Source: Lepidodermella squamata (Eukaryota > Animalia > Gastrotricha). Taken from it: 64,000 nucleotides of DNA. Positions 1 through 12,314 of this stretch are shown piece by piece. Positions within the stretch are counted from its first letter, which is position 1. Each line of letters opens with the position of its first letter. A program made the position numbers and the translations under genes. Below the pieces are notes generated by a model, which saw only the letters and a list, made by a program, of their open reading frames with translations, was not told where the DNA came from and made no database searches. Where the stretch lies: contig JBLDXI010000054.1 of NCBI GenBank assembly GCA_047495785.1, forward strand, positions 62,001 through 126,000, given 5' to 3'.

Positions 1-1368
1 ACAGCACCCGTAACCAGCTTGGGCATAGAGGTAAGTATATTAATGTAAATGTTTCCATGTGAGGCTGTATCATTAAATTGATTCAGCATAGTTCGCCCTA
101 CAATGTCGACGTAACGTTCGGAACGCCCGGTCAAACCTTCCCTTTGATGGTCGATTCTGGCTCGAAACCGCTCCAAGTCGCGGGTCGACCCTTTGCGCGA
201 GCTCTTGACAACAGAATCGGTGGGTTTGACGTTTCAAAATCCAAAACCTGGGGAAATGCGAGCAAAACTATCCCTCCGAGTCAGATCAACTACGGCAGCG
301 CTTCTCTGGCCTGCACTTTCGGCTACGACACTGTTTCCTTCGGAAATTTCAACGTGAAGAGAACAGTCATTGCGATAACTTATGAAGCCCTGTCTGGAAA
401 CCCGCCCAACGGACATAGTGGCGTAGTCGGCATGGGTTGGCAGAATCACACCCAAGCCTGCGTCCCAAAATCGCCATCTTGCATCTTACCAGCTATTATT
501 TCGGCCGCTGTAGCGGAAAAGAACCTCCCGATTTGGACCATCTATCTAACAGCAGCTTCGGGATTCAAGGAGGGTGGCTTGAACATCGGTATGATTGACC
601 AAAGCCAATTCACTGGTAGAATTGTCTATTCGAAGGTCACGCCATTCGGCATTTCGAAAACCAAGTGGAGCGTTTATCTAGACAAAATTTCGGTTAGGAA
701 ATATCTTCTCGTTTAATGGGGTACAGTACACCCGGCTCGATAGATCCGAGCGAGAAAACCTAATGAAGAACTTTAATCCGAAAGTGTTGAAAAACACTCT
801 AAATATGAAATTTTATTCCTCCTCGTTTTCTCATTTCTGGAACAGATTGTTTGCGAGGCCATTTACAGTTGTTATTGCATTACAGGTCAACGGTAAAGCT
901 ATTGCTTGCCAGAGCAGTGCTTGCAGCATCATTCCTGATACCGGAACTACCGCTGCCATCAACCTACCTTCCACTGAAGTCGCCACTGCAATTGCGAAAG
1001 GTCTGGGCGCTACTCAACAATGTACAAAATCTAGCTGCAAGGACACAAATGAAAACTGGAACGGCGCAAACTGGGGCTGGCCGTGTAGTGCTAAGCTCTC
1101 GAAATCTCTGCCGACCCTCAATTTCGAGATAAATGGTGGTCGTGTCACTGTTCCTCCGGCAGTGTATCTTGGCCGTAAGCAGATGAACAAAACGAGCGGC
1201 TGGTGTTCTCTGGGCGCGCCTGGTGGCATCTTCAAGGTGAACGCAAACTCGCAGAATCTGATCATTGTTGGCAAGCCAGTCATCCAGCGCTACTACAACG
1301 TCTTCGATGTTGGAAATGCTCGCTGGGGCTTCGCGCCTGTTGTTGGTCTACCAGCCGATTTGGCATGA
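1..1368 (+). CDS. Pepsin-family (A1) aspartic protease, copy 1, 5'-partial; exons <1-30, 87-692, 886-1368
   Basis: Two catalytic motifs (MVDSGS, IPDTGT), FGTPGQTF, flap YGS and C-terminal YYNVFDVGNARWGFAP. GT-AG phase-0 introns at 31-86 and 693-885 match those of copy 2. Confidence 0.9.
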
Positions 1369-1447
1369 TATGAAGTCTTATAGCCATACTAAGGCGATCG
1401 GAAAAGTGAAATGAGACTGAGAGATACTTATTTGAAGATAGATACTA

Positions 1448-1625
1448 CAGTCAGTCCTCGCCATAGTACACTCCGTTATAGTGCACTTATTCGTCATAGT
1501 ACACGTTTTGGCCGGTCCCAATTATGAGCTGACAAGCTAATTTCGACTCGCAAGGGTACATTTTTCGCTTATGTACACCTTTTTTCGGGTCCCCCGTGAA
1601 AGTGTACTATGGCGAGAACTGACTG
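1448..1625. mobile_element. Tc1/mariner(pogo)-type MITE
   Basis: 25-bp TIR CAGTCAGTYCTCGCCATAGTACACT (1 mismatch), TA on both sides. Confidence 0.85.
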
Positions 1626-2428
1626 TAGTTCCCGTTCAAAAAAGCTATGGGCGAGGGTATCGAAAAATAGATGAAGGGATGAAAAATAATTGAATAAAAG
1701 GACCAATGTTACTCAGACAGGTTTTGATTGGATCAACTGGTCTTTCAATTGCTAGGTACTTCAGCTTCAGGTTATCGCTTATCACTTATCACTTATTGTT
1801 TAGACTTAACAAGAATTTCATGGCTGCTGTGTTGCAGAAGGCACTCGTCGTATCTGTTATAAATTTAGAACTTCGAAGCGAATAGTCGTTGGAGAGTACG
1901 TGTCGTGTCGAATCACTGTTATTTTCGAAATAATATTAACTAATTGCAGGGACCCCGCACAGAACAGGTTACGAATAAAACAACAGCTATGAGTTCAAAG
2001 ATAGGGCCTGAGCGAAAACCTGAGCTTGGCAATTTCCCCAGCTAATACGATTCGTTGGCTAGGATTGCTTCCTGCTTCCTGTCCTGCTGCTCCGAAGGCT
2101 AAAATGACATTAAAGCACGTGCGGCGCTCCGCCTATTACCCTTCGTGTGGGCGAGCTTTTAGCGAACGATTCAGTCTTTCATGATGCTTCGCTGATACTT
2201 GAAATTTAAAAAATTTTGTACCGGATCTCCTCGAGAATATAGAACATCGCTTAGGTTTCAGGTTGCTATTTATATATTGCAAGCATCAACACGGAATGTT
2301 CGTTTTTGCGCGGTCAAGGTATCAGACAGGAAGCAAGAGACATTAGGATATCAGTGAGGGGAATGTCTTATTGGCTTTCTGGACCTTGTCTATATTTAAG
2401 CATCATGGATAGCATAACAATCAGCAGA

Positions 2429-5039
2429 ATGAGCCATCCCATGTTTCCAATATTATGTTTCCTGATGACTGCTGGCTTCGCAGCGGCGAAGATACCGATG
2501 TCAGCCCCTTTAGAGCCGAGGATATTCTCATCATCCTACAACCCGAACGATACAAGTCGGAAAGTGATAAGTATCATGGCGTCGTTCAACTATGGAGGCT
2601 CGGTTCAACCCCTGGGGCCCATCTGCACCGAGGGGATCAGACTCGTTCTCGACAGCATTAAAAAAATGAACTTGCTACCTGGATATGAACTAGCCGTTGA
2701 CTTTGTCGATGACTTGGTAGGCAATTTTTGACTATCCAATTGTTTAAGCGAATTTCGGCATTAGTTTTCTAGACCGTTGGGAGTTGGCAGAATCATTTCT
2801 CAGCTTCAGATGAGCGACTCAGTTTCGGATCGACTGCCATTGACAGTGGGTCCGTCGAGCACTGCAAACTATCACACTGGGCAAATCATTCGATATTTCA
2901 ACTACGTCGGAATCGTACTGACATCAGTTCAAAGCGAGACTCAAACGATGAGATCGCGCTACGCCAATTTTTTCGTTACCCAACCGCAACTTATCGTCTG
3001 TTACAACAGCCTACACGAGTTTCTGAGTTCCATGAACTGGCGTAAGGTTGCGATTTTATCTGAAGGTAGCGATTACTTTGGCCAGATCGAAACACAATTT
3101 ATCGCCGACTTTGAAAAGCGCAATGGCTCGAAGGTATTAGGCGTTTTCAAGATTCCATACCTACTCGGTACCTTAGCTGAGCCTCAATACATCGATCAAG
3201 CTGTTTCGGACTTGAAAAAAGTGAATCCCAGAATCATCATTCTAAACGCACTAAATCCGGCTCGAGCAGCGTGTTATCTACATCGATTTAAGCTTTTCGG
3301 ACCAAATGTAGTCATTTTTACCCTGCTAACTTCCGTTTTCGTACCTAATGACCCTTCCCGCTTTGATTGGTGTACAGAGAGTATGCTAGAGGAAGTGCTT
3401 GAAAGTGTATTTGCTTTCGGCTGTGCTAGCCAGATAGATTTGCGGCTGGACAGTGAAATAGATTCATTAGGCAATTCAGGAACCGATTTGGCCAACTGGT
3501 TGATGGCAAGAATAGAAAGGCCAGAAATCTCCCCGTTTTTCGCAACGAGGAGACATAACTGTTATGACAACACAATGGTTGCAGCTTTTGTCTTGGACAG
3601 AACGGAGAATCTTCTGAGAATAAGTAAGATTTAATGACTGTTAACTGTTAACCCTGAATTTCTTTGCACAGATAATCAAACTTTGTCGAATTGGGTTACC
3701 GGCGGCGATTTGTTCAGATCAAACGGCAGCTTGATTGTTAATACTCTAAAAGAAGCCCTCTACTCGGTTCGCCTCAAGTTGAAGATGGGCGACGCAGCTT
3801 TCGAAAGTAATACAACTTTGAACACGGGCGGTAGCCCGATACAGGGCTTAACCCAACTGAGAAGGGACCCAATTACCAAAAAAATCCAACCATCCCCAAT
3901 TTGTGTTTACTATTCGAAGACCCGAACCCTGAATTGCAGTCTGTCGCCCATTCTCTGGAGAACATCGAATGGGAAACCTCCTTTAGACACCGTGCAAGTT
4001 ATGAAAACAATTTCCCCGCTCATCGAACTTCCCGCCTACATAGCGATCACTTGTGTCGCGGTATTGTTACTTGCGATATGCATATTTGTTTTTATATGGC
4101 ATGAAAAAGTGCGCAAGAGAAATGCGAGAATTGCTAACTCCGTGCCCGAGCTGGGACGATTCATCCTGGTTGGGAACATCGTCCTCCTGGTTTCTGTAAT
4201 GCTTCAACCCAAGGATTTTGACTCAGACTTTCAACCCCTAACGACTTTGGCTTTGGCAATGCTATTCCTCGGAATAACATGCCTTATTTTCGCTATGACC
4301 GGGAAGCTGGAGTTGGCATCTCTTGCTATGAAAAAAGCTGCTTTACTAATGGCGGCAAACGATCGCCGACATTCAAAGCAAACAATTATTTCCTCTACAA
4401 CTCCTGATAGCATTCCTGGATTTGGAAGCTTGAAGAAAGCCGTATGCGGAATTGGTACGGCTTCAATAACCTTGTTCTCGCTATTACTGCTAATCTGCTT
4501 TGTGGTATTGCCACCTGAGGTAATGGCAACAACTGGTGCTAGTGTTATCGATGATACCTATGAAATGGTCGTCGTAAAATATAGTCTAGCCCACGGGTCA
4601 TCAATAATGTCAAAGTTTATCATTTCCGTGACTTGCTTCATCAACGGGGTCATGACTTTCAGAGGAATTTTTCTCGCGCATGCCCTGAGATCGGTAATTT
4701 TTTATTTTATTCAAAAAATTTGTAAAAAAATTCAATCCTTATTTCTGATTTCAGAAAACAATTGTGCATATCACGGATTTAAAGGCAAACGCAGCTTGCT
4801 TCTATGGGACCATCATGCTTCTGGGTTGTGGAGGCATCATTGCTGGTGCAATTTTCGACGAAACCTCCCATCAGCGTATAGCCTTGACAGCTATGATATT
4901 TGCCTGCATCACATTAAATCTAGCCATGCTTTTCTTCCCCAAAATGCGAAAATTACAGCCCTTGGAATCGCGGCCGTCTCGCGCAAGAACAAGCTTACGA
5001 AGCCTTCACCGAAGAATAAACACTATATCTGCGTTTTAA
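2429..5039 (+). CDS. Class C GPCR, GABA-B-receptor-like (Venus flytrap domain + TM domain), ~817 aa; exons 2429-2716, 2765-3623, 3672-4693, 4755-5039
   Basis: Signal peptide; LLPGYEL, WRKVAIL and PRIIILN flytrap motifs; W..GKPPLD stalk without a Cys-rich domain; several hydrophobic helices. Three GT-AG introns join the ORF pieces in frame. Confidence 0.8.
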
Positions 5040-5911
5040 CTCAGCCCCGCCTACTGTTCGACTCGGCTGTTCTTTTTGTTTACATCATTATTGCAAACTT
5101 GTTCTTGCTGTTTTTTTACTCTAGATTTTAATTAGAATTATTTTTTATCATTATTGTGATAATTTATGACATTCAGTAAAAAAGAGGCATTGTAGTGGCT
5201 ATAAGTCTATTAAGCGCGTCCTGCTAATCTCTTGGAGCAGGAGCGATGAGCAATTTCGGCACAAAGCAGGGGTCCAATAGCGCCAGAGGCTTTTATTTGA
5301 TGTTGTAGACTTGAGATGCCCCTGAGAGCAACGACATTCATCTATTGACCATCATTTCATCTATTGATATCGTTGTCTGTTGTCTTGGAGCGTCGTAAAT
5401 AGGGCTTTTGTGAAGATCAATAAAACATTCATTAGCAGTGATTCAGTTGCTCGGCAAAACCGACCTAGAATGATTCGTTGCGTTGTTTTAGATTGGTGGT
5501 ACTTTGGCTCCAAGACTTCAAGACCAGAGTTAATAATTTCATTTGATTTGATTTAGGCCAATTTTGAAGATTTGATTTACTGATGATTTGATATAAGAAA
5601 TTTCAGGATGATTCGATTTGATTTTGATTTAGCCCACTTGATTTACTGCGGATAAAGAGAAATCAGAACTCCTGTTCAGATTTCCCCCTGTTACTAAACA
5701 TTAGAACTCACATTTGCCTTGAAAACACCTGTTTACTAAAGCCAAGCTTAAAATTAATCGTATCCCGAAGGCCAAGGTGGAAAACCCGAAAAGGTCCACA
5801 GGGGGACTCTTTTGTCATAAAATTCCTACCTCAAAATACCCTCTAGTTCGAGTATCCCACTTCGCGCACTGAACTCATCATATATTTAAGATTTTTCGCC
5901 TTTACAAAAAA

Positions 5912-7835
5912 ATGAAAATCATCATCGTCTCCGTATTGGTCGCAAGTTCAATTTTTGGCGTAGCAGTATGGAAATATGTTACACTACCTGACCCCTCACT
6001 TGCAGCCTCTTGCTTTTTTAGTGGAGCGCCAGTAACTAGCTTGGGCCTGGAGGTAATTTAATATAAACTATTCCTGGTAATGACGTAAGATTGTCATTTG
6101 ATTCAGCATCATTCTCCTTTTAATATCGACGTTACGTTCGGTACACCCGGACAAACATTCCCTTTGATGGTCGATTCTGGCTCGAGGCCTCTTCAAGTCG
6201 CTGGTCTACCTTTCGCGCGAGCTCTCTACAACAGAATCGGCGGATTCGACGTGTCGAAATCTATAACATGGACGAATGCAAGTAGAATCTTCCCTCCGAG
6301 TCGGCTCACATACGGAAGCGCTACTCTAGCCTGCACTTTCGGCTACGACACCGTTTCCATTGGAAATATCAACATTAATAGAACTGTTTTTGCGATAACT
6401 TATGAGTCTTTGTCTGGAAACGGGCCTAGAGGCCACAGCGGGGTATTAGGGTTGGGTTGGCAGAACCACACTCAGCCTTGTAGCGTCAAGTCACGATATT
6501 GCATCATACCCGCCATTATGTCTGCGGCCTTAGCGGAAAAGAAACTGCCGATTTGGACCATCTATCTAACAGCAGCTTCAGGATTCACCAAGGGTTCGTT
6601 GAACATCGGTACTATCGATCGAACCCAATTCACTGGCAGCTTCGCCTATTCCAAGGTCACGCCTTTCGGCATTTTTTATGCCAAGTGGAATGTTTATCTG
6701 GACCACATTTCGGTGAGGAAAAGAAATATAATATAACTTTGATGAACTTTTATTTCCGCTGAATTTTATTATTCATTATTGCTTTCCAATTTAGAAATGC
6801 GACCTGCACAGTGTGCGAAGTCTGATCCGGGAGCTTGTTTTCTACTTGTTTTCTAAGACCCAGCCGAAGAAACCGAAGAGCCTTTGGGCCTTCCTCTGGT
6901 TGGGGGACCAGAGCCTTGGGGTCCCCGAGCTGGGGTGTCGCGACACCCCAACACCCCTGTGCTTCGCACCCTGGACCTGCAGCATCCCGCGGTTAGTCCA
7001 CGTGATGCGAAATAAAAGTGCGGGATAGCCAGAGAGCGGATAATGAGAGTAAAACTGGTAAAGACACGGAAAATCGGCATGTGTGCCATCCTACTTTGGT
7101 CCTTGATAAGGTTGGCTGTGTGGACTGATTGAACTGGTAGGGATGATCCCTACATTCTCTAGCGGTACTTCGCTTTCTGGGGTAGCCAGTATCAAGAATA
7201 AGCATTTATCCTCTATCAAACTTGAACGCGATTTGATATGAGAGTGCGGGATGTGCTGGAAAACTTTCATTTTCCTCCGATGTAGATTTACTTTCCGTAT
7301 TTTTGCCTAAATTATCTAGAGAGGATTTCACCTTACTATACTACAATTACAGGTGAATGGTAAAGCTATTGCTTGCCAGCGCGGAGCTTGCAGCCTTCTT
7401 CCTGATACTGGAACAACCGGGGCTGTCATCCTACCTTCCACGGAAGTCGCCAATTCAATCGCCAAAGGTCTCGGCGCTAGTCAACAGTGCACGGAAGCAA
7501 GCTGCAGGGACACCAAGGACAAGTGGAACGGCGCGAACTGGGGTTGGCCCTGTGCTGCTAACCTCACGAAAACTCTGCCGACCCTCCACTTCGACGTAAA
7601 GGGCGGTAGTGTCACTGTTCCTCCTGCAGTTTATCTTGGCCGTAAGCAGATGCATAAAAGGAGTGGTTGGTGTTCTTTGGGCTCACCAGATGGCATCTTC
7701 AAGGTTAGAAAACAATCCAACAATCAGATTGTTCTGGGCAAGCCAGTCGTCCAGCGCTACTACAACGTCTTCGATGTTGGAAATTCTCGCTGGGGCTTCG
7801 CGCCTGTTGTTGGTCTTCCAGCCGACTTCGCTTGA
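5912..7835 (+). CDS. Pepsin-family (A1) aspartic protease, copy 2, secreted; exons 5912-6052, 6107-6712, 7353-7835
   Basis: Signal peptide MKIIIVSVLVASSIFG; DSGS and DTGT motifs; same intron positions as copy 1. Intron 2 is 640 nt versus 193 nt in copy 1. Confidence 0.9.
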
Positions 7836-7993
7836 GAAGAAGCCCTGTCACAAGACTGGCACAAGACTGGCAATATAAAAGTGAGGTGCGAGTTTCTGAC
7901 ATGATTTGATAAATGATATATGAGTTGAGCTGAAAAGAGACGGTGTTAGAATTTGTTTCTTTTACAGAGATCAGAAAATAATATTAATAATAA

Positions 7994-8154
7994 CACTTTA
8001 ACTGCCAAAAATAGACTGCAAGGTCCGATATTTGGGTCTAATTCCTGGGTCTGTCAAAAAGTCATTTTTTTCGGGTCAACGATGCGTCGAGGGGCAAAAT
8101 GCCTGACGGCAAAGTGTAGGCCGTGACCAGGCGGTTCTTTTGGCAGTTAAAGTG
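7994..8154. mobile_element. piggyBac-like MITE (short form)
   Basis: TIR CACTTTAACTGCCAAAA, flanked by ATAA on both sides. Same sequence as the arms of the TTAA-flanked element at 51270-54561. Confidence 0.75.
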
Positions 8155-8188
8155 ATAATGATAATAACATTGGTTCCTAGTCGTTCTG

Positions 8189-8410
8189 AATCTAGCCATG
8201 CTTCTCTTTCCCAGAATGATTTCGCGCAAGAACAAGCTTATGAAGCCTTCATCGAAGAATAAACACTATTATCTGCGTTTTAACTCGCATAATCTACCTA
8301 CATTGGGCCTCGTTTTGTACTTGACCGAGACTTTTCCACTGGTTGGTATTTTTGTAACGTTGTTCTTTGTTCTTACTGTTTATTTCTCTAGAACTTTTCC
8401 TTAGAACTAT
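8189..8410 (+). pseudogene. Remnant of the last exon and 3' UTR of the GPCR at 2429-5039
   Basis: aatctagccatgctt...cgcgcaagaacaagctta...gaagaataaacacta...tctgcgttttaactc matches ~4917-5042 with indels. Confidence 0.8.
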
Positions 8411-8542
8411 TTGTTATAATTTTACGATTATTTCCATTTTTCAAGCTCAAACTTTTTTAATAAGTAGCAGCATTTTACACAAGTCAAGTTTTGAAACTTG
8501 ATCGGGTCAAGAAGTGAAATTTATGCATGCGTGTTTTCTCAT

Positions 8543-8746
8543 TTGCATATCGTTAGCGTCGTTCAATAACTCGGATTTAGGCTTGTTTAGATCCGTTTCA
8601 TGGTGAAAAGTGTCATGTAAAAAGCGGCTTTTTCAACATTAATGAAGCGACAAAAAACAAAAGACTTTTACTTGTCAATTCTCGCCTTGAAAATAATGTA
8701 AACAAGCCTAAATTCGAGTTATTCAACGATGCTAACGATATGCACA
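8543..8746. mobile_element. Fold-back MITE-like element
   Basis: ~48-bp imperfect inverted repeat (tgcatatcgttagcgtcgttcaataactcggatttaggcttgttta and its complement); no clear TSD. Confidence 0.55.
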
Positions 8747-9809
8747 GCGTCATCGCGGCCACAAAATCATGAAATTTCAAGATGTCTGTAATAATCAATT
8801 TTGGAGACTCGTGACTAGCGCGCCTTCCATGACATTATAATATGCTATAATAGAGCTCTAAACTTTTTTTCAATCGTTTTTCGCGATTGCCAATTACAGC
8901 TCATTATAGAGGTGCAATAAGCAATAGCTTTATGAGCTATTATTTGTCAGCTAAAAATCGCTGAAATTCTCTCAATTATAGCCTTTTATTAATGTTTTTT
9001 TTTCGCTAGGGTCACTACTTCAGTCTTTTGCGCATACACTACATGCTTGATTAAAAAATGATGCTGTGACGTTTCGGAGTTAATGCCTCCCTCGAATAAT
9101 TGCCGATTTTTCACTATATTTCGGGAATATTTCGGGAAAAAACAACAGCCATTGCTATTATTCGATAAAATACGGTTGGCAATTGCCTTCGGGTCCGAAA
9201 AAAATGTTGGCAACTGAAATGGAAAACCACCCGCACCATCAAGTGCCCCCAACGAGGCCCCCGATCAGAGCAATCCAATTTACGCATAAAAACCAGCTTG
9301 CTACTAGCGATTAGCAGTATATCAACTGGCAATTGTGACTTCTTTTCCATTGTTGTGTGACATCACGATTAATATAGCGACAGTCTTTCATAGAGACCAA
9401 TTGGTCCAACTTAGAGATTTGATTTAGTCGAGATAGTGAAAAACCACACTTTTATAGAGACAAAATTGGATAGAGACGCCAGAAATAACATAGAGACGAA
9501 TCGATCCGCGATAGTGACAAAGTGATCTTACATAGTGACAAAAACATTTCGAGCCCTTTAAAACCTTTTAAAATTTACAATATTTTTCATTCTCTTTTCT
9601 GGTCTAGCCGAGCAGGGAGGGTAGATACCCCTCCCCATAGAACGATCACAAAGTTAGGCCTGAGGCGCTTATGTTGTTTTGAAAATTTTTAACGTCGACA
9701 TTCTCCGGAGAACAGAGCGACGCTGGTCTATTCCATAACGCATGATGAGTTTGCACTAACGCGGTTATTTGGTAGTGGCTATATTGTATATTGCAACATT
9801 CGAATTAAC

Positions 9810-12314
9810 TTAGATTGCTGAATCTAGCCTTTCGACTTTCACTGTAACTGGTAGCAGCATAACGAAACCCATTAGCCCGGAATAGACAAGCTCAATGAAA
9901 GCTAATACTGCGTTGAACACGCACGGCTTGTTGTAATTCGTAACTAAAACAAGCACAACAACACCGGCAGCTAGCATAGTCAGTGCATTAACGGCAGCCG
10001 ATCTGATTAGCTTGCAACTTAGAGCGAATTCATTAGGCATGGTGCGACGCCTAAGATCAAGCGAGAACATATTCGCTAGTAATAAAAGTCCGAAATTGAA
10101 CGTGAGAATAGCCCCGAGCCAGTAGCTTATATTCTCCGAAGTACAAAGCATGACGTCCAGCTCAAAATAAGTGTCTGCCGCATCATCAAACGCCACCGGG
10201 TTCCGATAAGAGAATATTCGCATCGGCTCCTTGATGATCCAGAGGAGCAAGACGATGGCATTCACAGCCAGAGCTGCGCTCAGACCTTGCGACATTTGCA
10301 ACTCGTTTATTTGGAAAGAGGACAACAATAAAGATTTTTATTTTTTATGTTTTTATGTTCTTATATCTGTCACTTACGAGTATAGAAACAAGTCTTTGAA
10401 CGACGAGTCCTTTCATCTCGTATGACGAATCACTAGGTCCTACTCTCGAAGAGCATTTCAACTGGTTAACATAACGAATAGCTCGATTATGGACTTGATA
10501 GGTTCTCACACGAACGAACTTGCTGTATACAAGGATTTGGCTGAAAATCAAGCTGTGAAACATGCTCAAGCTTATTGATATCAAAAGTATCCTCCATCTG
10601 CACTCCGTTGCCGGGGCGTAATCATGCCCTATGACTAAGAAAATCGCCGATGCATTCAGGCCCAAGCAGGCGACGAAAATAAAGCTCTTCTTCCAATTGA
10701 CGTAGAACATCTCAGGTTTTCCTCGAGTTGCTGCTAAGAGGAGTAGGATCTGGATCAAAGTTAAAGAGACCGCTAAAGATGTTACGATGCCGCGCAAAAT
10801 AGCACCGCAAGATCCGATTCGTATCTCGATGTTAGTCAGATCTCTCGGAGGCAGTCCAGTGTTCGTTGCCCAGATGGGTCCATTATCGGTTTGAAACAGA
10901 AAGTAATGCTTCTCATAGTCATACGTTAGATGGGCAACTTGCCGCGACTGCAACTTGTAGGCTTGAATTATTGGAATATCTTGATACATCTCTCCATTGA
11001 TGTCTCTCTTGATTCTAGGATTTCGAAATCCTACTGCTTCGAGCTCCGCGGTACTTTTTCGGACTACCTCATATATTACGCGTTTGTACATCGGATCTTT
11101 AAAGTCCGTCAGTGAAAGATTGTAATCCTGGTTTAACGTCGCTTCAGTTTTGTTCAGAACGAGCAGCGTAAACATATTTGCGTCATGTTCACCGTAACGA
11201 TCGAGACCTGATGCGGAAGTGTAACCCAACTCGCGGCGTTTCCTGTTCACCAAATTTTCGTATTCGGAAGGGCTCATCCCGAGACTGGATTGTTTCGGAA
11301 TATCGGAAGCCACGAGTGGAATGCCAATGGCGAACATCGCTGATAGCTGAATGTCCACAATTTCTCTAGAGCAGTTATCTGAAATGTATTGATCTCGCGG
11401 TAAGTTCCATGTCAAGCATGCTGAAAGCGAGACAATGAAATGGTACAATGGCGGTCTCATACCATTGTGATAGGCCTTGCATAGAAATATCTGGCATTCC
11501 CAAGCTCCGGATGGGAATATTAAGATAATTCTTACGTTTTGTAAAGGCTGGAGATCAGAGTCGTCCAAATCATCAAACCACGAAGCTCGAACGATTTCTG
11601 TGACGGCAATGTTGTTCGCTGTCAGTAGCTTGAAGGTCTCATCGGCCAGCATTGAGACGTCCCTGATAAACCAGGTGTATGCCATGCCGAGGCGTTTCCA
11701 ATTGCCAATCCGTTTGATGCAATCGAGAATCGCGTATTTATTCGCGCTAACCGTTCCTAAGATTGTATATAGGTTGTTGTAGAACTTCGATCTTCGAGAT
11801 TCGATAAAAGGACCAGCGCAGCTTTCCGAAATCTGATTTTTTCGAAGGTAGGGAATGGGTATAAAAAATCTGAAAAATTCTGAGATAAATCCTAATTTTA
11901 TAGCGATAAGTTAAAGGTAGAAAATTCTAATGCAAACAAAAAGCCTTCGGATCGCGAAAAAAACAAAAGAATTACCATGACCATGCTAATTGCGCGGAAC
12001 GTCCCAGCAGAATTGTCGCAACCTGCCGCTGGACCTGTTACTATGGGTGATGGGTGAGTGTCGTTTGGCAGATCCATCTCCGAGAACAGTCTTGCGTATA
12101 TGTTTAGATTGCCTGCTGTAATTGGATAAGGAAGAATTTCGAAATTCGCTAAGATAACACCAGACTTGTTGACGTATTCTATCAAGGCAGCAGGACTGGC
12201 GTCTGGTATGCCGGGCTTCAGTGTGATTCCTGGCCACATTAGTCTCGGCTTCGCTGCATAGGCGAATCGCAAAAACGTTATCGCCAATACAAAATTGCCG
12301 AAATATTTGCACAT
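9810..12314 (-). CDS. Second divergent class C (GABA-B-like) GPCR; exons 12314-11976, 11832-10378, ~10310-9810
   Basis: Signal peptide; WKRLG, VRIILIF and FLCKAY flytrap motifs; W.TNTGLPPRD stalk; TM region with C.S....WLG and LLLA..F. The last acceptor reads CAA instead of CAG, so the gene may be defective. Confidence 0.72.

Noticed and set aside
4694-5131. C-terminal extension of ORF 3683-5131
   Set aside because: Read-through of intron 4694-4754; the spliced frame ending at 5039 supplies the final TM helices.
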